From the NCBI GenBank assembly GCA_000989955.1, contig LBTE01000001.1:206615-270614 (forward strand): a stretch of 64,000 nt of DNA, given 5' to 3'. The position numbers were made by a program, and so were the translations under genes. Positions 58,281-64,000 of this stretch are shown here, piece by piece; the first letter of the stretch is position 1; every line of letters starts with the position of its first letter. The notes below the pieces were generated by a model. It did not search any database and was not told the origin of the DNA. It worked only from the letters and a program-made list of their open reading frames with translations. The DNA is from a candidate division TM6 bacterium GW2011_GWF2_37_49. GTDB taxonomy: Bacteria; Babelota; Babeliae; Babelales; RVW-14.

Positions 58281-58855
58281 TTTAAAAATTTATTTAAAGC
58301 TTTAATTCGATATAGATACTGCTCGCCACACGGCATACCGCGCAATTTTGCATAAGTTTGCTGCTCGCCGTCTGGAACAAAAAACGCATCGTACGGAAGC
58401 TGTGGATGAGCGTTAGAAGTATCAGGCTTTATCAGGTAACCATCGCATCTGCCCTCAAACACGTGATAATCTGTTGGGCCTGAAATATAAATCATGTACA
58501 ACAAAAAATAGGCCCTGTCGCCTACGTCAAACAGCCGCTTAACACCTTCAAACTTAATACCTTGTGAAACAAATTTGGAAAGAGTACCTGGAAATTTATG
58601 GTACCGTTCAAAATAAATCGCTGCATCATCAAGCAAAAGAGGCTTCCCTGTCAATGCCCATGCCTTTTTTGCTTTGTCTACAGCAATTTCAAGCTGGTCA
58701 TCGGACTGAATCTCTTGAATGTCTAGCGCAGACTTTATCAATTCAATCTCTGGGGCGTACTTTTGAGCATGCCCGTAAACCTCATCAAACTTGCCGTTAT
58801 TTGTTGTAACGTAATAAATTTTATTTTTCATAAATTCCACATAAAAACTCTTCAT
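58259..58855 (-). CDS. rdgB: non-canonical purine NTP pyrophosphatase (Ham1/RdgB/ITPase family)
   Basis: YYVTTNNGKFDE N-terminus, LDDAAIYFE, PYDAFFVPDGEQQTYAKL matching ITPase motifs. Confidence 0.6.
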   Translation of the reverse strand: MKSFYVEFMKNKIYYVTTNNGKFDEVYGHAQKYAPEIELIKSALDIQEIQSDDQLEIAVDKAKKAWALTGKPLLLDDAAIYFERYHKFPGTLSKFVSQGIKFEGVKRLFDVGDRAYFLLYMIYISGPTDYHVFEGRCDGYLIKPDTSNAHPQLPYDAFFVPDGEQQTYAKLRGMPCGEQYLYRIKALNKFLKWYKQNG

Positions 58856-58903
58856 ACAGCTATTATAAAGGCTTTAAATCAGATAACAAGATGAAATTTT
58901 TAA

Positions 58904-59011
58904 GCCTGGGTCCACGCTTTCGCGAGGACGACGGAATGATACATTGTCATTTCATCGAAAAACCAATCCAGTACCCACTTTGTACAACCGTCATTCCCGA
59001 CTTGATCGGGA
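58904..59011 (+). repeat. structured palindromic element, copy A (gtccacgc-tttc-gcgaggac ... tcccga-cttga-tcggga)
   Basis: Shares 5' 30 nt with copies at 60414 and 63979; internal imperfect long-range inverted arms gacgacggaatga / tcattcccgac. Confidence 0.6.
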
Positions 59012-59112
59012 ATCCAGACAAAACATTCACCCCACAAACTAGATATGCACCATTTTTAGTAGCTGCTTGAAACACATAAACATAAAACTGCGTCAAATTC
59101 GAGAAAAATATT

Positions 59113-60294
59113 TTAAATCTCTTGCAACATCTTGGATATCGACTTCCAAGCAAAGACGCGTCCCTGCTTATGAACAACATCATCAGATCCACCGTATACA
59201 ACGTAAGATTGAACTTCGCGCTGATCAGTAATTTTTTGCCAATCAATCAACCCTTTAAAAAAATCGGACCCCACAGTTTTGCCAGCCTTAACTTCAATCG
59301 GAATGGTGTGCCCGAGAGACTTTTCGATAACACAATCAATTTCATGCCCCTGCACATCACGCCAAAAATAGATCTGCGGGGCTAGCCCTCGATTAAAACT
59401 GTATTTAAATATTTCGCTGACAACAAACGATTCAAAAATCGCGCTTTTGAGCGGATGAAGATAGAGCTCTTCTGCCGTCCTGATGCCCAAAAGCGAGCAT
59501 ATCAACGCCGTGTCATAAAAGTATAATTTGGGGCTTTTTGTAACGCGTTTATTAAAATTATTGTGATATGGCGCCAATAATTTAATAACAAAGCTTGTCT
59601 CCAGCACACAAATCCATTCTTTGGCGGTATGCGGACTTATATCGCAATCACGCGCAAAATCGGCATAATTTAATAGGTTGCCAACACGCGCGGCGCAGAG
59701 TTTCAAAAATTTTTGGAAAGTAAGAACGTCGGTTATCTTCAGCACCTGTCGCACATCCTTTTCAACGTACGTGCTCACGTAGTTTGCACACCATCGCTCA
59801 ACGTCCATTTCCTGTGAATATAACCGAGGATAAAAGCCCTTGATTAGCTGCGATTCAACATCCTGGGCAAGTAGCCCTTCGTCAGCCAGCTCGTTCACAG
59901 AAAGTGGCAGGAGCGTCAAAAGAGCGATCCGCCCGGCCAATGTTTGCGTTATTTTTTCATACATCAAAAAATGCTGTGATCCAGTTAAAATAAAAAACCC
60001 CGGACGATGTCGCTGATCGATTATCCCCTGCATGTACGAAAGCAGCTCTGGCACCTCCTGAACCTCATCAATTATAACGCCAGGCCGCTGAGAAAACGAC
60101 CCCAAAAACCCGCGTGGGTCGTCCTTGGCCATCGTTCGTTTATCGATATCTTCCAGCGAAACATACGCATAATCCGGAAACGCAGCCTTCACCAGCGTCG
60201 ATTTGCCCGACTGCCGCGGCCCCATGACCGCCACAGCCGGAAATTGCTTTGCCACGCTCAATAATTCAGTAAACAACTCTCGCTTAATCATCAT
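59113..60294 (-). CDS. AAA-family ATPase with DUF4143-type C-terminal domain
   Basis: Walker A GPRQSGKSTL, Walker B VIIDEVQ; likely start ATGATG at 60294 preceded by AGAGGG RBS (track ORF extends to a TTG at 60408). Confidence 0.6.
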   Translation of the reverse strand: MMIKRELFTELLSVAKQFPAVAVMGPRQSGKSTLVKAAFPDYAYVSLEDIDKRTMAKDDPRGFLGSFSQRPGVIIDEVQEVPELLSYMQGIIDQRHRPGFFILTGSQHFLMYEKITQTLAGRIALLTLLPLSVNELADEGLLAQDVESQLIKGFYPRLYSQEMDVERWCANYVSTYVEKDVRQVLKITDVLTFQKFLKLCAARVGNLLNYADFARDCDISPHTAKEWICVLETSFVIKLLAPYHNNFNKRVTKSPKLYFYDTALICSLLGIRTAEELYLHPLKSAIFESFVVSEIFKYSFNRGLAPQIYFWRDVQGHEIDCVIEKSLGHTIPIEVKAGKTVGSDFFKGLIDWQKITDQREVQSYVVYGGSDDVVHKQGRVFAWKSISKMLQEI

Positions 60295-60338
60295 TTTAAC
60301 CCTCTCAAATAAACGCTTTGTAAAAAATGCACCCGTAT

Positions 60339-60375
60339 TGCATATTTTACACGATTTCTTGAAAAAGTCCAACAG
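60339..60375 (-). promoter_or_regulatory. candidate sigma70-type promoter for ATPase gene (TTGGAC-N17-TAAAAT on minus strand)
   Basis: Reverse complement reads ttggac-tttttcaagaaatcgtg-taaaat ~50 nt upstream of RBS/ATG. Confidence 0.3.
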
Positions 60376-60413
60376 ATCGACTAAACTCCGCATATTTGTG
60401 GTATGCAATCTAA

Positions 60414-60549
60414 GCCTGGGTCCCCGCTTCCGCGGGGACGACGTGATGTAAGCGCGTGAGTTATGACACCGACTCGATAACTTAAACCTGGCGCAATGAT
60501 AATTTAATTAACGTGTGAATGTTGAGTCGTCATCCCCTTGAAAAAGGGG
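60414..60549 (+). repeat. structured palindromic element, copy B (gtccccgc-ttcc-gcggggac ... cccctt-gaaa-aagggg)
   Basis: Perfect 8-bp-stem palindrome at 60420-60439; long-range arms ggggacgacg / cgtcatcccc; second 6-bp hairpin at 60534-60549. Confidence 0.6.
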
Positions 60550-60564
60550 ATCCATCCCATGCGC

Positions 60565-60720
60565 CAAAACGCCCATATTCTGGGCCATACATCAACACCG
60601 GCAATCAAAACACACGACAGCATCGGCGCTAACAAGAAAATGACAAATTTTTAGGTGCCGCGTACCGCACTCGATTGGGTCGCAGCAGGCGAATGACTTT
60701 TTTGGAAACTGCAAAAAACG
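60565..60720 (-). repeat. dispersed intergenic repeat, degenerate copy
   Basis: ctgggccatacatcaacaccggcaatcaaaacacacg...ttttaggtgccgcgtaccgcactcgattgggtcgcagcaggcgaatgacttttttgg. Confidence 0.55.
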
Positions 60721-60740
60721 GGTGTGTGTTTGTAGAAGAA

Positions 60741-60775
60741 AAAGAAGGGTGCCGATTCGGCACCCTTCTTTTTCT
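60741..60775 (-). terminator. rho-independent terminator (symmetrical hairpin)
   Basis: gaagggtgccg-att-cggcacccttc flanked by A and T runs, 3' of CDS 60798..61712. Confidence 0.55.
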
Positions 60776-60797
60776 TCTTGCATTGGATTTCGTCGAC

Positions 60798-61712
60798 CTA
60801 TTTCGGATCTTCACCAAAAAGTGTGTTCGGATTTTCATCTAATATACTTAAATCAGGATCAGTTTCTTCCGTCAACGCTGTCTCTGGCACAGGTGTTGTA
60901 GTTTTTGAAAGTGGTTGTTGTAATAGTTTTGTTAAATCCGCTGCTCGCGCTTTTCTTGCAGTCTCTTCTTCCGTCAACGCTGTAGATATTTTCAATAAGT
61001 ATGACTGTATGTTCGAAAACACATCAATTATTAATTTTTTCAATGCCTTACTTATGTCCTTCGATTTGTTGACGTAATATTTAAGCAATTCAACAAGCAA
61101 TTTCGCGCGATCATGGTTTTCTTCTTGTTTTGCCTGAGCAATTAGCACTGCCGAGCCGATAATCAATGGATCAAGATGCTCAAAATCAGACCAGCTTATG
61201 TTATATGTGCTCGCAAAATTGTCACTCTTAAACTTATTAAATATTAATGTATCCGCACCCGAATCGCCCGGGCTACTCAATACCTTTTTATAAATACCTT
61301 GAATAACATCATTGTTAGTATGAATCACGTTTTCATGCTTTAAGCACAGCCAAAACCAAGCTTTTTGCGCGGCCATGAACGCTTTGATGTTCATTTGCGC
61401 GGCATGCCTGAAAATGGAAATGTTTGCTATAATCTTTCGCTTGCCTTCTTCATTTAACGTGTCTTTTCTCCACAATTCGCCCAAAGCCTTGACGTTATTT
61501 AACAAATTCTCGATTACAGGCTCACCATCACCATCATTACGTACGTCTTTAATCATCTGATACATCATCTTCTGATTCATGCAATATTCTAATTGCAGAC
61601 GTACTTCATTTATCTCAACTTCGACGCGTTTTTTTAATTCATCACCAAAACACGACTGCGAGGCCAAAACGCCCGCCAGCAGCACAAATGTTATGTTTTT
61701 AATTATTTGCAT
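60798..61712 (-). CDS. hypothetical secreted protein
   Basis: Signal peptide MQIIKNITFVLLAGVLASQSCFG; no known motifs. Confidence 0.45.
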   Translation of the reverse strand: MQIIKNITFVLLAGVLASQSCFGDELKKRVEVEINEVRLQLEYCMNQKMMYQMIKDVRNDGDGEPVIENLLNNVKALGELWRKDTLNEEGKRKIIANISIFRHAAQMNIKAFMAAQKAWFWLCLKHENVIHTNNDVIQGIYKKVLSSPGDSGADTLIFNKFKSDNFASTYNISWSDFEHLDPLIIGSAVLIAQAKQEENHDRAKLLVELLKYYVNKSKDISKALKKLIIDVFSNIQSYLLKISTALTEEETARKARAADLTKLLQQPLSKTTTPVPETALTEETDPDLSILDENPNTLFGEDPK

Positions 61713-61743
61713 AATTTTCTCCGTTTAATTTAAATCGTTAAGT

Positions 61744-63861
61744 TCACTCATTCGCAGCAACTGGCACTATTTCGACACCTTGTTTTTGCGCTACATCAAC
61801 GTGTCTAGCAATATTCAGATCCAACTCAGCAACACGCATTTGCAGCTCCAGCAGCGTGTAATAAATGTAGTACTGCTTTGCATGTTCTGGATCTTGCCGC
61901 CAACAGCTAATTATTTCTCCTAATAAAAAAGCTCCCAAAATCGAAGCTCCGCCCTTAATTAAACCAAGCAGGCTTGAAGCTTGCAACGCAGTCCAAAGAA
62001 GCATCAAAACCGATAACCCTTTCGCAAAGACAGCGGTAGCGATAGGCATAGCTTTACCGTCAACAAAACCTGCAACAAAACCTGCAACGGATCCGTACCA
62101 GGCCTTGACCGATTCAGGAATCATGCCTCCTGCTTGAGTAAATAATTTGACAAAGACCTCGCCCAAATTTGCCGATCTAATCGTAGAAACAAATCCTGCA
62201 ATGATGTCTTTTGCTTTATCTGCGCCCCAGCTGGCACCAGACATAAATTTTAAGTAAGTAGGGTTCTCCACAATTTTAGCAAGATACAGCGTTATCATCG
62301 TCGAATCGATATTTGTAAAATACTTGATAAAAGCAGAATTGTTGAGCATCTCTAAAAACGCAGTCGAATTAGTTTGCGCAAATTTGGTAAGAGCAACTAC
62401 AAATGCAGAATTTTTAAATCTGGCAAAATATGCTGCATATTCAACTGCTTGAATCTTAGCCACAAGAGCCGCAATCGCCGGATATTGCGCTGTAAGGCTG
62501 CTTAGATATGTAGACACCGCAGTGACCGCACCTGGCATTACTGCTACATAAATAATCGGCAAAACAACTGCAATCACCAGCATTTTCATCATCACGCCTC
62601 CAGCAACACGCCACCTTGCGCTACTCAGCTCCTTGCTGGCAAGATCGCCAATGCCGACAGTGTAAAGCTCCGCAGAAAGTGTGCGTAAAGATTTCAAATT
62701 GACAAGTGTTGACTGATCAATTTCAGGCGCAGACTTTGTGCCGCCAGCATCACCAGGTTTAAGATCTGCCATGTAATACTTAGACCTAAAGAACTGCTTG
62801 TTTACATCCAAAATCTCTTTGGCTATGTTTATTGTTGCCTGTTTTTTATTTGATTTTTTAGCAAGCTCTTCAGTAGTAAACCCTCCTCTACGGCTTAATA
62901 CGTCTCTTATACTTTGTTTTACCATTGCAATTGCATCTTCTGTTCCACGTTCAGGTTTCGCAATAAAATCCAATTTGTATACGTCGTCAACGACAGAGCC
63001 AATATCCCCAGTCAGATCCATCTTGCTAAGCTGATTTTCAAGATACTGGAGTCGATCTTTAGTTGGATTATGATGCGTATCTAATTCCAAAGGCACCTCC
63101 GGCTCTACCAGTATGCGAGTGAGAGCTTGATATCGCCCGACGTAATTTATGTAACCGTCAAACCACATCGGATACTTAGAATATATGTCTGGATCACTGA
63201 TTGCCTTAAGTCTAAAATTATAAAGCGTTTCAGCATCGTACAAGTTCTGCTTGTTACCCCGCTTCATGCGTCTAAGCTTGGGCTCAATGATTGGCTTTAG
63301 CTCATTCAAAACAATTTTTGTGACCAGCTTGTCTTGATATGTGGTTGATTGCGGATATTTGCGCCAAAAAATCACCCACCCACGTTTTTTTTCCGTATAT
63401 AATTTATACAGATCTTCCGCCACTTTAATTTTTAAATATTTTGCCTGCATCGGTGTTATTAAATACGCATCAGTAACGTGAGATGGCATAGCCAAAACAT
63501 CGATTTTCAGGAAAGCGGCATTAACTGCCTCAAAAAAACCATCTGGAAGATTAACCGCTGGGGTTGATGCAGATGATGAAGGTTCTTCAACATATTCTGG
63601 TGTATCTTTTGGTAGTTTCCAGCCTCTAATACGATTAAGTGCTAGAATAATCGCACTGACAGACTTTTTTAATTCGGTAAAATCTCCTGTGGTCACGGAG
63701 CGAGCCATTAACTTAATGTCTTTATCAGAACAACTCGTTATATTTTTGATATTAAGCAGAAACAACTTTTTCATCTGACTCGACATGACCTCCGTCACAG
63801 GCTGCGCAGACTGGCACAACAAAACAGCGGCCAGCAGCGGAATTATCTTTGTAAATCTCAT
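61744..63861 (-). CDS. large hypothetical protein, N-terminal signal peptide, C-terminal TM cluster
   Basis: 705 aa; signal MRFTKIIPLLAAVLLCQSA; hydrophobic helices in C-terminal third. Confidence 0.45.
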   Translation of the reverse strand: MRFTKIIPLLAAVLLCQSAQPVTEVMSSQMKKLFLLNIKNITSCSDKDIKLMARSVTTGDFTELKKSVSAIILALNRIRGWKLPKDTPEYVEEPSSSASTPAVNLPDGFFEAVNAAFLKIDVLAMPSHVTDAYLITPMQAKYLKIKVAEDLYKLYTEKKRGWVIFWRKYPQSTTYQDKLVTKIVLNELKPIIEPKLRRMKRGNKQNLYDAETLYNFRLKAISDPDIYSKYPMWFDGYINYVGRYQALTRILVEPEVPLELDTHHNPTKDRLQYLENQLSKMDLTGDIGSVVDDVYKLDFIAKPERGTEDAIAMVKQSIRDVLSRRGGFTTEELAKKSNKKQATINIAKEILDVNKQFFRSKYYMADLKPGDAGGTKSAPEIDQSTLVNLKSLRTLSAELYTVGIGDLASKELSSARWRVAGGVMMKMLVIAVVLPIIYVAVMPGAVTAVSTYLSSLTAQYPAIAALVAKIQAVEYAAYFARFKNSAFVVALTKFAQTNSTAFLEMLNNSAFIKYFTNIDSTMITLYLAKIVENPTYLKFMSGASWGADKAKDIIAGFVSTIRSANLGEVFVKLFTQAGGMIPESVKAWYGSVAGFVAGFVDGKAMPIATAVFAKGLSVLMLLWTALQASSLLGLIKGGASILGAFLLGEIISCWRQDPEHAKQYYIYYTLLELQMRVAELDLNIARHVDVAQKQGVEIVPVAANE

Positions 63862-63978
63862 GAATCTCCTTCTTCAGAACTCCACACCACAAAATTTTAC
63901 AACTGAATAATATTTTATAAAAATAAGATTCATGAAATCAATATTTTTTAGAATTACGCAACGTCGTTATTGATTTTA

Positions 63979-64000
63979 ATGTGGGTCCCCGCTTTCGCGA
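63979..64000 (+). repeat. structured palindromic element, copy C (truncated by window end)
   Basis: tgtgggtccccgctttcgcga matches 5' end of copies A/B. Confidence 0.45.

Noticed and set aside
58947-59246. 99-aa minus-strand ORF overlapping the 3' end of the ATPase gene and palindromic element copy A
   Set aside because: It overlaps the better-supported ATPase CDS in another frame and runs into the repeat element. It is probably not a real gene.

Overview
Low-GC (~35%) diderm bacterial chromosome segment, densely coded. I cannot name the species. The eukaryote-like secreted proteins and the abundant dispersed repeats suggest a host-associated, possibly amoeba-associated, lineage.

Gene content, left to right:
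- Memo/AMMECR1 fusion protein and an FAD-dependent oxidoreductase.
- Two lipoproteins.
- A Bat (Bacteroides-aerotolerance-like) operon, batA-batE, on the minus strand, without the usual MoxR/DUF58 partners, followed by plsC.
- A ferritin-like protein.
- A type IV pilin, a signal-peptide-bearing cytidine deaminase, the prepilin peptidase and KdsD/KpsF.
- rpsU and rbfA.
- A HAD-like secreted protein.
- Two tandem paralogous secreted proteins with a clear Pho85/P-type cyclin box.
- An LptA-like protein overlapping mutL.
- An NfeD/flotillin (YqiJ/YqiK-like) pair.
- A nonulosonic-acid (pseudaminic-acid-like) locus: ABC exporter, PseB, PseC, TIM-barrel epimerase, methyltransferase, GNAT (PseH-like), LmbE deacetylase and PseI/NeuB.
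- A PadR regulator, membrane protein and GNAT module.
- A Fis-like protein, holA, lptE, rph, pnp and rpsO.
- The conserved rpoC-rpoB-rplL-rplJ-rplA-rplK-nusG-secE block with tRNA-Val, tRNA-Trp, rpmG and a Tyr/Gly/Thr/Thr tRNA cluster, with no tuf gene.
- prmC, ftsY, an ITPase, a DUF4143 AAA ATPase and two large secreted hypothetical proteins.

Most notable non-coding structure:
- A composite ~100-150 bp intergenic repeat family with at least nine dispersed copies (core 'TCAATGCYRGCAGGCCGYATCTAAAAAYTTATCAATTTCAC').
- A second structured palindromic element ('gtccccgc-ttcc-gcggggac' plus a distal hairpin) in three co-oriented copies upstream of minus-strand transcription units, two of which bracket the ATPase gene.
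- A 19-bp perfect inverted-repeat pair enclosing 242 bp upstream of the cyclin-like genes.

RpoB carries a ~70-aa Cys-rich (4x CxxC/CxC) insertion. No rRNA, CRISPR array or recognisable IS/transposase gene was seen.
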